Source: Limnochordales bacterium (lineage in GTDB: Bacteria > Bacillota > Limnochordia > Limnochordales > ZCTH02-B6). Taken from it: a stretch of DNA of 64,000 nt. The notes beneath the pieces are model-generated. The model was not told the origin of the DNA. It worked only from the letters and a program-made list of their open reading frames with translations, and did not search any database. The stretch is taken from assembly GCA_035304545.1 (NCBI GenBank), contig DATGPV010000054.1:74473-138472 (forward strand), read 5' to 3'. Below, piece after piece: positions 54,311-64,000 of this stretch (positions are counted from its first letter, which is position 1; each line of letters starts with the position of its first letter). A program made the translations under genes and the position numbers.

Positions 54311-56119
54311 ATGAGCAGCCCTGGCGCGACAAAAACGCTGCCCAAGCGCCACGAAATCCCCGAGGCCCTGCGCTGGCGGCTGGAGGATCTCTACCCCAAC
54401 GATCAGGAATGGGAAGCCGATTTCCGCCGGTGCAAGGACGCCATTCCCCAACTGCAGGCCTTCGCAGGCACCTTGTCCCAGTCGCCGGCCCAGCTGGCCG
54501 CGTGCCTCAAGCTGCGGGACGAGACCGGCGCCCGTTTCGAGCGGCTCTTCGTCTACGCTTTTGCCCGCATGGACGAGGATAGCACCAACCCCACGTACCA
54601 AGCGCTCTACGATCGCAGCCAGCGCCTGGGGGTGGAGCTGCGCACGGCCATCTCCTTCATCGAACCCGAGCTGCTGCAGATGCCGGAGGCACGCCTGCGG
54701 GAGTACCTGGACAGCCCGGAGCTGGCCCTCTACCGCCACCATCTCGAGGACATCCTCCGGCACAAGCCCCACACCCTCTCGCCCCCCGAGGAAGCCATCC
54801 TGGCCGCCGCGGGGGAAGTGACCCAGGCGCCGGCCAACGTCTTTGACATGTTCAACGACGCGGACCTGAAGTTCCCCGCCATCCAGGACGAAAAGGGCCA
54901 GTGGGTGGAGCTTACCCACGGCCGCTACATCCGCTTCATGGAAAGCACCGACCGCCGCGTGCGCAAAGACGCCTTTGAAGCCCTGCACAACACCTACAGC
55001 CAGTGGCGGCACACCCTGGCGGCCACCTTGGGCGCAAGCGTCCGCAAGGACGTGTTCTACGCCCGCATGCGCCGCTATCCCTCGGCCTTGGCCATGGCCC
55101 TGCACGGGGACAACATCCCGGTGGAGGTCTACACCAACCTCATCGACACCATCCGCTCCCGCCTCCACCTGCTGCACCGCTATATGGCCCTGCGGAAACG
55201 CCTCTTGGGCGTGGAGGAGCTGCACGTCTACGACCTGTATGTTCCCCTGGTGCCCGGAGCCGACCTGCACATCCCCTATGAGCAGGCGCGGGAGATGGTG
55301 CTCGCGGGCCTGCGTCCCTTGGGCGACGAATACGTGCGCATCGTGCGGGAGGGCCTGGACAACCGGTGGGTAGACGTGCTGGAGAACGAGGGCAAGCGCA
55401 GCGGCGCCTACTCCATCGGCGCCTACGGCGTCCACCCCTTTATCCTCATGAACTACGAACCCAACCTGGACAACGTCTTCACTCTGGCTCACGAGTTCGG
55501 CCACGCGGCCCACAGCTACCTGTCGGACCGGACCCAGCCCTACGTCTACTCCCACTACACCATCTTTGTGGCCGAGGTCGCGTCCACCCTCAACGAGCAC
55601 CTGCTGTTCCACCACTTGCTGCGGGAAACCGATGACCCGACCCAGCGCCGCTATCTCGTTAACAAGTATTTGGACAGCGTGCGGGGCACCGTCTTCCGCC
55701 AAGTGAAGTTCGCGGAGTTCGAAAAGATCATTCACGAGCATGTGGAAGCCGGCGAAGCCCTGACGCCGCAGTTTCTCAACGACACCTACTACCGGCTGGT
55801 GCAGGAGTACTACGGCCCCGAGCTGGTGGCCGACGGGCCCGTGGCCATCGAATGGGCCCGCATTCCCCACTTCTACCGGGCCTTCTACGTGTACAAGTAC
55901 GCGACGGGCTTCGCCGCCGCCACCGCCTTGGGACAGGCCATCCTGGAGGAAGGCCAGCCCGCGGTGGAGCGCTACCTGGACCTGCTGCGGGCCGGCGGCT
56001 CCGACTATTCCCTGGCGCTGCTCCGGCGGGCCGGGGTCGACATGACGAAACCGGAACCCATCCTGCAGGTGATGGATGTGTTTGAAAAGATGCTGGACGA
56101 GCTGGAAGCCCTGAGCTGA
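54311..56119 (+). CDS. pepF: Oligoendopeptidase F (M3B)
   Basis: WRLEDLY, GKRSGAY, HPFILMNY, HEFGH..HS, FVAEVAS, WARIPHFY, YVYKYATG. Confidence 0.96.
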   Translation: MSSPGATKTLPKRHEIPEALRWRLEDLYPNDQEWEADFRRCKDAIPQLQAFAGTLSQSPAQLAACLKLRDETGARFERLFVYAFARMDEDSTNPTYQALYDRSQRLGVELRTAISFIEPELLQMPEARLREYLDSPELALYRHHLEDILRHKPHTLSPPEEAILAAAGEVTQAPANVFDMFNDADLKFPAIQDEKGQWVELTHGRYIRFMESTDRRVRKDAFEALHNTYSQWRHTLAATLGASVRKDVFYARMRRYPSALAMALHGDNIPVEVYTNLIDTIRSRLHLLHRYMALRKRLLGVEELHVYDLYVPLVPGADLHIPYEQAREMVLAGLRPLGDEYVRIVREGLDNRWVDVLENEGKRSGAYSIGAYGVHPFILMNYEPNLDNVFTLAHEFGHAAHSYLSDRTQPYVYSHYTIFVAEVASTLNEHLLFHHLLRETDDPTQRRYLVNKYLDSVRGTVFRQVKFAEFEKIIHEHVEAGEALTPQFLNDTYYRLVQEYYGPELVADGPVAIEWARIPHFYRAFYVYKYATGFAAATALGQAILEEGQPAVERYLDLLRAGGSDYSLALLRRAGVDMTKPEPILQVMDVFEKMLDELEALS

Positions 56120-56145
56120 GCGGCCGCCCTTTGCCCGCACGCAAA

Positions 56146-56186
56146 AGCGCCCCGAGCGGACCGCTTTCGGCTCCGCCCGGGGCGTT
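56146..56186. terminator. Hairpin between convergent pepF and the AIR-synthase-like gene
   Basis: GCGCCCCGAGCGGA/TCCGCCCGGGGCGT stem preceded by an A-run. Confidence 0.55.
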
Positions 56187-56248
56187 CCCATGCCTCCCGG
56201 CGGCCTCCGGGGCACGCGGGGGGCCCGGACCCCGGCGCCGCGGGCTTT

Positions 56249-57244
56249 TCAGCGGGAGTCCAGAAACCGCCACAGCTCGTCGCGCGGGTACGCGGCCAGG
56301 GGCCGCCACTGGCCGTCGCGCCCCCGGATTCGCCGGCCCGCGCCGGCCTCTACGAACCGGCCGATGCAGGCCGCGGCCACCCCTGCCTCCGCCAGGGCCG
56401 CCACCACCCGCTGGCCGTCGGGCGCGGCGATGAGGAGGCTGCCCGAGGACAAAAGCCCCAGCGGGTCCAAGCCCAGGTGCGCGCAGATGGCCGCGGTCTC
56501 CGCCCGCACCGGCACCTGGTCCTCCCACAGCTCGCAGCCGACGCCCGCGGCTTCGCACATCTCTTCCACCGCGCCCAACAGGCCCCCCTCGGTGGCATCG
56601 TGCATGGCCCGGGCGCCCGCGGCCACGGCCACCAGGGCCTCTTGGACGACGCTGAGCTCCTCGGCAAACGCGGCCGCCCGGGCCACCAGCTCGGCGCCCA
56701 GCACCGGCGCCAGCTCGTGGCCAAAATCGGCCGCCAAAATCGCAGTGCCTTCCAAGCCCGCTCCCTTGGTCATCACCAGCGCGTGGCCGGGCGCGGCGCC
56801 CGCGGCCGACACAAACTGATCCGGGGCGGCCCGTCCCACCGCGGTGACGACGATGACCGCGTCCTGGACCCGGGACGTGGTCTCGGTGTGCCCGCCCAGA
56901 ACCGCCACGCCCAGCCGGCGGGCCTCCGCGTCGATCTCCTGCATGAGGGTTTCCAGCGCGCCGGGGGGCGCGTCCGCGGGCAGGAGCAGCACCACCTGCA
57001 CCCCCACCGGCCGGGCCCCGTGGGCCGCGACATCGTTGGTCGCCACGGTCACCGCCAACCGCCCCGCGCCTCGCCCGGCGCCGGTGATGGGGTCGCTGGC
57101 CACCACACACACGTCTCCGCCCAAATCCAGCACCGCCGCGTCCAGGCCCACGCCCGGGCCCACCAGGACTTCCGGCCGGGAGGCCCCGCCGTAGGGCAGC
57201 ACCCGGGTCCTCAGTTCCGCCATGGAAAGCTTGCCGACCTTCAC
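56249..57244 (-). CDS. AIR synthase-related (PurM-like/HypE-like) protein of unknown function
   Basis: KVGKL, GPGVGLDAA, SDPITG, NDVAAHGA, GGHTE, MHDATEGG, DPL..LSSG, RDEL. Confidence 0.88.
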   Translation of the reverse strand: MKVGKLSMAELRTRVLPYGGASRPEVLVGPGVGLDAAVLDLGGDVCVVASDPITGAGRGAGRLAVTVATNDVAAHGARPVGVQVVLLLPADAPPGALETLMQEIDAEARRLGVAVLGGHTETTSRVQDAVIVVTAVGRAAPDQFVSAAGAAPGHALVMTKGAGLEGTAILAADFGHELAPVLGAELVARAAAFAEELSVVQEALVAVAAGARAMHDATEGGLLGAVEEMCEAAGVGCELWEDQVPVRAETAAICAHLGLDPLGLLSSGSLLIAAPDGQRVVAALAEAGVAAACIGRFVEAGAGRRIRGRDGQWRPLAAYPRDELWRFLDSR

Positions 57245-57341
57245 CGTTGTCCCTCCTGCGCCGGTCCCGCCGGCGGCGAGGCCAGTGCCCGTCCGTGGCC
57301 GCAGCCCGCCCCCGGGCCGCCGGGGCCGCCTCGGCTCCGTT

Positions 57342-58724
57342 TCACACCAGCCCCTCCTGCCGCAAGCGCTGGAGGGCCCGGCCAAAGGCCGCCACGGTTT
57401 CCGCCACGTCCTCTTCGGTGTGGGCCGCGGACAAAAACCCTCCGCTGCGCATCAGGTCCACGCCCTCCAGGAGCATGGCCTTGCGCAGGGCGATGGTGCC
57501 CGTCCCCTTGGACAGCCGTTCCAGCACGGCCGGATCCACCCCGGCAGGCGGCTCGCCCTGGGCTCCCGGCGGCGGCTCAAGGCCCAGCGCGATGTGAAAC
57601 ATGGAGGCCTGCCAGTAGACGTAGCCCGTCACGCCCGCCGCGGCCAGCGTCTGATTCAGCCCTTCGCCAAGAGCGCGGCAGAGGGCCGCGGCCCGGCGGA
57701 TGGCCTGGCCGTCCGCCAGCTCCCGCAGGGTGGCCACGGCTGCGGCGGCGGTGAGGGGATTTGCATTGAAGGTGCCCTGGTGGGCAATCTTCTTGGTGCG
57801 GTTCCACTCGGGATCCCGGTAGGCCAGGTAGGCCATGATGTCAGCCCGGCCGGCCACGGCCGCACCGGGCAGCCCGCCGGCCACCACCTTGCCCAGACAG
57901 ACCAAGTCGGCGTCGACGCCGTAGTACTCTTGGGCGCCGCCGGGAGCCAGGCGAAAACCGGTGATGACCTCGTCAAAGATCAGGACAGTGCCCGTGCGCC
58001 GGGTCTCCTCCCGCACCAGCCGCAGGAAGTCGCGGTCCATGGGCACCGCGCCCCAGCTGCCGCCGCTGGGCTCCACGATGACCGCGGCCACGTCCCCCGC
58101 CGCCAACGCCTGCCGGAGGGCAGCCTCATCGCCCACGGGCAAGGCGATGGTGGTGGCCAACACCGCTTGGGGCACCCCCGTCGACGCGGTGACCCCAAAG
58201 GACGCCCGGTAGCCGCTGGCCGCCTCGTCGTGCCAGCCGTGGAAATGGCCGGCAAACTTGGCCACCCGGGGGCGCCCCGTGTGGGCCCGGGCCAGCCGCA
58301 TGGCCAACTGGGTCGCCTCGGTGCCCGAGTTGACGAAGCGCACCTGCTCGGCACCGGGCACCATCGCCTTGATGAGCCGGGCCCACTCCAGTTCCAGCGG
58401 GTGGCTGCTGCCAAAGTGGGTGCCTTGCTCCAGCTGGCGGGCCACCGCCGCGGCCACCGCCGGATGGTTGTGGCCCAAAAGCAAGGCGCCGTGGCCCATC
58501 CAGTAGTCGATAAGGCGCCGGCCGTCCACGGTCCACTTGTAGGCGCCGGCGGCCCGCTCCACGAAGACGGGGAACGGCTCCAGCCAGCGGGAGTCGTGGG
58601 TCAGCCCGCCGGGCAGGAGATCTTGAGCCTCGGCAAAGAGGGCTTGCGAACGGGGAAAGGCCGCGGCGTAGTCGCGATCGATGGATGAGGGCGCAGGCGC
58701 CGCTTCGACGGACGAAGGTTCCAT
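57342..58724 (-). CDS. Class III PLP aminotransferase (GSA-aminomutase-like)
   Basis: IDYWMGHG, RFVNSGTEAT, FHGWHD, LIFDEVITGFR, LGKVVAGG, HQGTFNANP. Confidence 0.9.
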   Translation of the reverse strand: MEPSSVEAAPAPSSIDRDYAAAFPRSQALFAEAQDLLPGGLTHDSRWLEPFPVFVERAAGAYKWTVDGRRLIDYWMGHGALLLGHNHPAVAAAVARQLEQGTHFGSSHPLELEWARLIKAMVPGAEQVRFVNSGTEATQLAMRLARAHTGRPRVAKFAGHFHGWHDEAASGYRASFGVTASTGVPQAVLATTIALPVGDEAALRQALAAGDVAAVIVEPSGGSWGAVPMDRDFLRLVREETRRTGTVLIFDEVITGFRLAPGGAQEYYGVDADLVCLGKVVAGGLPGAAVAGRADIMAYLAYRDPEWNRTKKIAHQGTFNANPLTAAAAVATLRELADGQAIRRAAALCRALGEGLNQTLAAAGVTGYVYWQASMFHIALGLEPPPGAQGEPPAGVDPAVLERLSKGTGTIALRKAMLLEGVDLMRSGGFLSAAHTEEDVAETVAAFGRALQRLRQEGLV

Positions 58725-58758
58725 GGACGACTCCCCTTCTCGACGACTCCCCTAAACT

Positions 58759-59883
58759 TCACACGCCCGGGACCAACTGGCCCAAGGGCACGTACTCGAG
58801 CCCGTGGGCCTCGGCCACCCCCGCCAAGGTCACGTGCCCGGCATAGCAGTTCACACCTTTGGCCAGGGCCGGATCACGCTGCACGGCGGTCAAGAAACCT
58901 TGGTCCGCCAGCTGCTGGATGTAGGGCAAGGTGGCGTTGGTCAGCGCCCACGTCGAGGTGCGGGGCACGGCGCCGGGCATGTTGGGCACCGCGTAGTGGA
59001 TCACGCCGTGCTTAACGTAGGTGGGATCCTTGTGGCTGGTGACCCGATCGGCGGTCTCCACGCAGCCGCCCTGGTCGATGGCCACATCCACGATGACGGC
59101 CCCCTGCTTCATTTGCCGCACCATATCTTCCGTCACCAGCTGCGGTGCCCGGGCGCCGGGGACGAGGACGGCGCCGATGACCAGATCCGCGTAGGCCACC
59201 GACCGCTCGATGTTGTGGCGGTTGGACATGACCGTGATCCGGTGGCCATGCAGGATCTCCTCCAGGTAGCGGAGCCGGTTGGCGTCCTTGTCGATGAGGG
59301 TGACCTGCGCGCCCATGCCCAAGGCCATATGGGCCGCGCTGGTGCCCACGGTGCCTGCACCGATGATGACCACGTCCGCGGGCGGCACCCCGGGCACGCC
59401 CGCCAGCAGCACGCCCCGCCCGCCGTAGGTCTTTTCCAGGTACTGAGCGCCGACCTGCACCGCCATACGCCCCGCCACTTCGCTCATGGGGCGCAGCAAG
59501 GGCAAGGTGCCGTTGGGCAGTTGGATCGTTTCGTAGCCGATGGCCGTGACCTTCGCGTCCAGCAGCCGCCGGGTCAGCTCGGGAAAGGCGGCCAGGTGCA
59601 GGTACGTAAACAGGATTTGGCCTTCCCGTAAATAAGGGAACTCCTCGGGTTCGGGCTCCTTGACCTTGACCACCATGTCCGCCCGCTCGTAGATCTCGAC
59701 CGTTTCCGACACCAGCTCCGCGCCGGCCGCCGCGTACTCGTCATCCAAGATGCCGCTGCCCGCGCCCGCCGCCCGCTGGACCAGCACCCGGTGGCCGGCT
59801 TTGGTCAGCTCCTCCACGCCCGCGGGCGTCATCGCGACGCGGTTCTCGCCTTCCTTTCGCTCCTTGGGCACGCCGATGATCAA
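58759..59883 (-). CDS. ald: Alanine dehydrogenase
   Basis: IIGVPKE...ENRVA, KVKEP, FTYLHLA, PMSEVAGR, IGAGTVG, DVAIDQGG, YAVPNMPG. Confidence 0.97.
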   Translation of the reverse strand: MIIGVPKERKEGENRVAMTPAGVEELTKAGHRVLVQRAAGAGSGILDDEYAAAGAELVSETVEIYERADMVVKVKEPEPEEFPYLREGQILFTYLHLAAFPELTRRLLDAKVTAIGYETIQLPNGTLPLLRPMSEVAGRMAVQVGAQYLEKTYGGRGVLLAGVPGVPPADVVIIGAGTVGTSAAHMALGMGAQVTLIDKDANRLRYLEEILHGHRITVMSNRHNIERSVAYADLVIGAVLVPGARAPQLVTEDMVRQMKQGAVIVDVAIDQGGCVETADRVTSHKDPTYVKHGVIHYAVPNMPGAVPRTSTWALTNATLPYIQQLADQGFLTAVQRDPALAKGVNCYAGHVTLAGVAEAHGLEYVPLGQLVPGV

Positions 59884-59919
59884 GAGAACCTTCCCTCCCC
59901 TGCGGTGCTCTCGCCCGGC

Positions 59920-61353
59920 CTAGGCGCCGCTTGGGCTCCCGTCGCCGTTGACCGTGTATACCTGCAGCAGGTTGGTGGAGCCGGGTTCACCGGTCTTGAC
60001 GCCCGCGGTGATGACGACCCGGTCCCCGGCCCGGATGTAGCCGGCGGCCCGGGCCGCGGCCACCGCCACGTCGATCATGTCGTCGATCTTCTCGGTGCGG
60101 GGCACGATGAGGGGATGCACCCCCCACACCAGGCTCAGCCGCCGCGCCACCTCAGGACGGGGCGTCAGAGCCAAGATGGGCGCGGCGGGCCGGAACTTGC
60201 TCACCATGCGGGCGGTGGCTCCCGATTGGGTGGAGGTCAGGATCGCGGCCGCCTGCAGATCCGCGGCGGCCCAGCACGTGGCGTAGCTGATGGCTTCCGC
60301 GATAGTGGGCGACGGCCCGCTGCGGCGGCCGGCCAGCAGCTGATCGTACGGTATGGCCCCCTCGGTGCGCCGGGCAATGCGATCCATCACCCGCACCGCC
60401 GCCAGGGGGTAGCGGCCGATGGCGGTTTCGCCCGACAGCATGATCGCGTCGGTGCCGTCAAAGATGGCGGTGGCCACGTCGGTCACCTCGGCCCGGGTGG
60501 GCCGCGGGTTGTGGACCATGGACTCCAGCATTTGCGTGGCCGTGATCACTGGCTTGCCCTGCCGGTTGCACGCGTCGATGATGCGCTTTTGCACCAGGGG
60601 CACTTCCTCCGGCGGGATCTGCACGCCCAGATCACCCCGGGCCACCATGACCCCGTCGGCCTCCCGGACGATCTCTTCCAGGTAGCGCACGCCTTCGTGG
60701 TTTTCGATCTTGGCGATGACGGGCTGCTGGCCCCCAGCCTCCCGGATGACCCGCTTGACGGCGGCCACGTGCTCGGGCCGGCGGATGAAGGACGCGGCCA
60801 CGAAGTCCACGCCCCGCTCCACACCAAAGCGGATGTGGGCCGCGTCGGCCTCGGTGAGGGCAGGCAAGTCCAGGGAGACGCCCGGGATGGTCAACCCCTT
60901 GTGGGAGCGGAGCACGCCGCCCACCACGACGCGGCAGTGGACCTGGGTGCCGTCCACCCGCTCCACCGACAGCTCAATGAGGCCGTCGTCCAGGTACAGC
61001 GTGCTGCCCGGCCCCACCAGGCGGTGCAGCTCCGGGTAGGTGACCGACGCCCGGGAGGCGTCGCCCACCACCGGTTCGCCCTGCAGGGTAAAGGTCTGGC
61101 CGCTCTCCAAGACGACCGGATCCGGCTCGATGCGGCCGATACGCACTTTCGGCCCCTGGATGTCCAGCAGGATGCCGATGGAGCGCCCTTGCGCGGCCGC
61201 GGCCTGGCGCAGCCGCTCGATGCGCTGGCCCTGCTCCTCCAGGGTGCCGTGGGAAAAATTGAGCCGGGCGACATCCATCCCGGCGGCGATCAGTTCTTCG
61301 AGGAGTCCGTCGCTGGCGGGTCCAATGGTGCAGACGATCTTGGTGCGTCGCAA
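59920..61353 (-). CDS. pyk: Pyruvate kinase (no C-terminal PEP-utiliser domain)
   Basis: RRTKIVCTIGP, ARLNFSHG, IAKIEN, MVARGDLG, TATQMLESM, PTRAEVTDV, MLSGETA; TTG after GGAGGG. Confidence 0.97.
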   Translation of the reverse strand: MRRTKIVCTIGPASDGLLEELIAAGMDVARLNFSHGTLEEQGQRIERLRQAAAAQGRSIGILLDIQGPKVRIGRIEPDPVVLESGQTFTLQGEPVVGDASRASVTYPELHRLVGPGSTLYLDDGLIELSVERVDGTQVHCRVVVGGVLRSHKGLTIPGVSLDLPALTEADAAHIRFGVERGVDFVAASFIRRPEHVAAVKRVIREAGGQQPVIAKIENHEGVRYLEEIVREADGVMVARGDLGVQIPPEEVPLVQKRIIDACNRQGKPVITATQMLESMVHNPRPTRAEVTDVATAIFDGTDAIMLSGETAIGRYPLAAVRVMDRIARRTEGAIPYDQLLAGRRSGPSPTIAEAISYATCWAAADLQAAAILTSTQSGATARMVSKFRPAAPILALTPRPEVARRLSLVWGVHPLIVPRTEKIDDMIDVAVAAARAAGYIRAGDRVVITAGVKTGEPGSTNLLQVYTVNGDGSPSGA

Positions 61354-61453
61354 AGCGTTCCCTCCATGGTCCGGGCGCCGGCCCCAGCTGCGGTCCGCGC
61401 CACCGTCCCGGCCGGTGCCGGCTGCGGGCCGCGGGCGCCGGGCCTCCCATCCG

Positions 61454-62461
61454 TCAGTCGCCTGCCCGCTCCTGGATAGCCTCCAGCTGCTGCTGGGTGC
61501 GCCGGGCCACCTGGCCCATGCGGCGGTACTTCTCCAGCCGGCGGCGGACCAGCTCATCCCCGCTCAAGGGCAAAAGCTCCCGCAAGTGGCGCACCACGGC
61601 TTCCTTGAGCCGCTGGGCGGCCAGCTCCCGATCCCGGTGGGCGCCCCCCAGAGGTTCGGGGATCACCTCGTCAATGACCCCCAGTTCCAGCAGATCCTTG
61701 GCCCCGATCTTCAGCACCGCCGCGGCGTCGGGCGCGCGGCGCGTGTCCTTCCACAAGATCTCGGCGCACATCTCCGGCGAGATCACCGAATACCAGGCGT
61801 TCTCCATCATGAGCACCCGGTCGCCCACGCCCACGGCCAGGGCCCCGCCGCTGCCGCCTTCGCCGGTGATGACGCATACGATGGGCACCCGCAAAAAGGA
61901 CATGCGGCGGATATTTTCGGCGATGGCCACACCCTGGCCCCGCTGCTCGGCCTCGATCCCCGGATAGGCCCCCACCACGTCGATGAGGGTGACGATGGGC
62001 CGGCCAAACTTTTCCGCCTGGAGCATGAGGCGCAGCGCCTTGCGATATCCCTCTGGGTGGGGCAGGCCAAAGTTGCGGCGCAGGTTCTCCTTGGTGTCCC
62101 GCCCCTTCTGGGGCCCGATGATGGTCACCGGCATGCCGTCCAAGAGCGCCAGGCCACCCACCATGGCCTCGTCGTCCCGCACGCAGCGGTCACCGGCCAG
62201 CTCCAGGAAGTCGTCGCAGATCATGCCGATGTAATCCAGCGTGGTGGGCCGGCGCGGGTGGCGGGCCAGCTGCACCCGCTGCCACGGCGTCAAGTTGCTG
62301 AAAATCTCCTCCCGCAGCCGATCCGCCTTCTTCTCCAGAGTGGCCAGCTCCGCGGCGAAATCGATGCCCTTTTCCGCGGTGAATTCCTGCAGTTCCTTGA
62401 TGCGGTTCTCCAGCTCCACCAGGGGCCGTTCCCACTCAAACACGCCGTTGACCACCCACAA
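61454..62461 (-). CDS. accA: Acetyl-CoA carboxylase carboxyltransferase alpha
   Basis: LARHPRRP, GYRKALRLM, GAYPG..AEQRGQ, GEGGSGGA, YSVISPE, EPLGGAH. Confidence 0.96.
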   Translation of the reverse strand: MWVVNGVFEWERPLVELENRIKELQEFTAEKGIDFAAELATLEKKADRLREEIFSNLTPWQRVQLARHPRRPTTLDYIGMICDDFLELAGDRCVRDDEAMVGGLALLDGMPVTIIGPQKGRDTKENLRRNFGLPHPEGYRKALRLMLQAEKFGRPIVTLIDVVGAYPGIEAEQRGQGVAIAENIRRMSFLRVPIVCVITGEGGSGGALAVGVGDRVLMMENAWYSVISPEMCAEILWKDTRRAPDAAAVLKIGAKDLLELGVIDEVIPEPLGGAHRDRELAAQRLKEAVVRHLRELLPLSGDELVRRRLEKYRRMGQVARRTQQQLEAIQERAGD

Positions 62462-62468
62462 GCGCCCC

Positions 62469-63386
62469 CTATCCTTGGTGCAGGCGCAGGATGCGCGCCA
62501 GGGTGGGCCGCAAGTCCTTGCGGGGCACGATGGCGTCTACCATGCCGTGCTTCAGGGCAAACTCCGCCGTCTGAAACCCTGCAGGCAAAGACTGGCGAAT
62601 CGTCCGCTCCACGATGCGGGGACCGGCGAAGCCGATGAGGGCCCCCGGCTCCGCGAGGATGTAGTCGCCCAAGGAGGCGAAGCTCGCGTAGACGCCCCCC
62701 ATGGTCGGGTTGGTGAGGACCGAGATGTAGGGCCGGCGGCTGCGGCCAAACTCCTCCACGGCCTGGCTGGTCTTGGCCATCTGCATGAGGGACAGGATCC
62801 CCTCTTGCATGCGCGCGCCGCCGCCCCCGCCCGACACGATGACCACGGGCAGGCGCCGCTCTGCGGCCCGTTCAAAAAGGCGGGTAAGCTTTTCGCCCAC
62901 CACCGAGCCCATGCTGCCGCTGAAAAAGCTGAAGTCCAGGACGCCGATGGCCAGGGGGTGCCCATCCAGCTGCCCTGCGCCCGTCACCACCGCCTCGGTG
63001 AGGCCCGTCTTGGCCTGCATGCGGGCCAGCTTCTCCTCATAGCCCGGAAAGCCTAGAGGGTTGACCGTCACCAGGTCCGTTTCCCACTCTTCGAAGGCTT
63101 CGGGATCGTCCAGCAGCTGGCGCAGGCGCTCCGCCGCCCCCACGTGAAAGTGGTAGCCGCACCGCTCGCACACCTGCAGGTGGCGGGCCAGCTCCCCCTG
63201 GTAAAGGATGCTTTGGCAACCCGGGCACTTGGTCCACAGCCCGTCGGGCACCTCTTTGGGGCGGGCCGGCGGGGCCGCCGGGCTCGCCGGCGCCGCCTTG
63301 GCGCCCGCCGCTTCCCCTTCGGTCTGGGCCGGCTTGACGGTAGCGTAGCGCGATTTGGAACGGAAAAGGTCCTTGAATACGGCCAT
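62469..63386 (-). CDS. accD: Acetyl-CoA carboxylase carboxyltransferase beta
   Basis: LWTKCPGC...CERC zinc finger, GSMGSVVGEK, GGARMQEG, GGVYASFA, IGFAGPR, FQTAEF. Confidence 0.96.
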   Translation of the reverse strand: MAVFKDLFRSKSRYATVKPAQTEGEAAGAKAAPASPAAPPARPKEVPDGLWTKCPGCQSILYQGELARHLQVCERCGYHFHVGAAERLRQLLDDPEAFEEWETDLVTVNPLGFPGYEEKLARMQAKTGLTEAVVTGAGQLDGHPLAIGVLDFSFFSGSMGSVVGEKLTRLFERAAERRLPVVIVSGGGGGARMQEGILSLMQMAKTSQAVEEFGRSRRPYISVLTNPTMGGVYASFASLGDYILAEPGALIGFAGPRIVERTIRQSLPAGFQTAEFALKHGMVDAIVPRKDLRPTLARILRLHQG

Positions 63387-63466
63387 TCTCTTGCGAACCC
63401 GCCTTCAGCGGTGGAGGGCGCTGGCCAAGAAAGACGCCCAGCGGCCGCTGGGACGGCCGGGAGGTG

Positions 63467-63697
63467 TCATGCGCCTGCCTCGATGCGGCCGTGCCGCGTC
63501 AAAATCTCCGCCCGGCCGCGGATTTTCATGGCCGAGGTGTGCTCGGTGAACTGGGCCAGCATGACTTCGCCCTTATCCAGCTTTTCGCTGTGGTGAAACC
63601 GGGTTTCCTTCCCGCGCGTCAGGCCGATGATGGTGACACCGTCCTGCAGCGCCTTGATGACGACGAAGTCTCCCCGGATGATCTCCTCACCCACCAT
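63467..63697 (-). CDS. mtrB: trp RNA-binding attenuation protein TRAP
   Basis: [46 protein letters not shown]; ATG after GGAGGG. Confidence 0.96.
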   Translation of the reverse strand: MVGEEIIRGDFVVIKALQDGVTIIGLTRGKETRFHHSEKLDKGEVMLAQFTEHTSAMKIRGRAEILTRHGRIEAGA

Positions 63698-63817
63698 CTG
63701 CACCCTCCGCCCGCGCCAATACGACAAGGCGGGGCCCGATGCCGGTGCCCTGCCTGTGCAAAAAGCCCTTCACCATCAAGATTGCGGGACAATTATATCC
63801 CGCTGCCGCGAAAGGTG

Positions 63818-64000
63818 TCAACCGACGGCCGCCTCCCGTGCCGGCCCCGCACCGGCGTCCAGATCCGTCCCGGCACCGGTCCCCGGCGGCTCTCCCCCAG
63901 GGGCAGCGTCCACCGCGGACCCGGCGTTCCCCGGAGGATGGCTGTTGATGGGCACCCCCAGCTGCTGGTGGGCGATGCGGGCGGCCGCCGCGGCGGCCAC
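63818..64000 (-). CDS. C-terminal fragment, probably phosphatidylglycerophosphatase A family (YutG-like); truncated by the window edge
   Basis: VAAAAAARIAH resembles the YutG/PgpA C-terminal helix; position upstream of mtrB-accD fits; only a short segment is visible. Confidence 0.5.
   Translation of the reverse strand: MAAAAAARIAHQQLGVPINSHPPGNAGSAVDAAPGGEPPGTGAGTDLDAGAGPAREAAVG

Noticed and set aside
61353-61454. pfkA missing between accA and pyk; mtrB without mtrA
   Set aside because: Such gene-order variation is common in Bacillota, and the genes may lie elsewhere.

Overview
Chromosomal core region of a very GC-rich, endospore-forming Bacillota (Limnochordia/Thermaerobacter-like; inferred from GC richness plus CotE, YheC/D, YteA, TRAP, T-box, PyrR and CIRCE). 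In order it holds the 3' end of rqcH, a pur operon (purB, purC, purL, purF, purM, purN, purH, purD), a divergent spore-coat ligase locus (COOH-NH2 ligase, cotE, two YheC/D), a PyrR-attenuated pyr operon ending in thiL, rluD, lspA, yteA, ileS with an Ile T-box, comA, mdh, an NCS2 purine permease, groESL, a NitT/TauT ABC transporter, two tRNA-Leu genes, an isolated oppDF pair, pncB, slt, mgsA, coaE, mutM, polA, an SLH protein, uppP, pepF, and mtrB-accD-accA-pyk-ald. No mobile elements or CRISPR arrays were seen. The most striking signal is a coordinated loss of glutamine-amide delivery in nucleotide synthesis. PurF has Ala in place of the catalytic Cys1 and degenerate glutaminase motifs but an intact PRTase/Fe-S domain. 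purS and purQ are absent from between purC and purL, which overlap as ATGA. carAB and pyrK/pyrD are absent from between pyrC and pyrF, which also overlap as ATGA. PyrC looks like a catalytically dead pseudo-dihydroorotase. Together this suggests an ammonia-fed or otherwise rewired purine/pyrimidine pathway. This is inference, because the missing genes could lie elsewhere in the genome. All family assignments are by motif recognition; no database searches were run.
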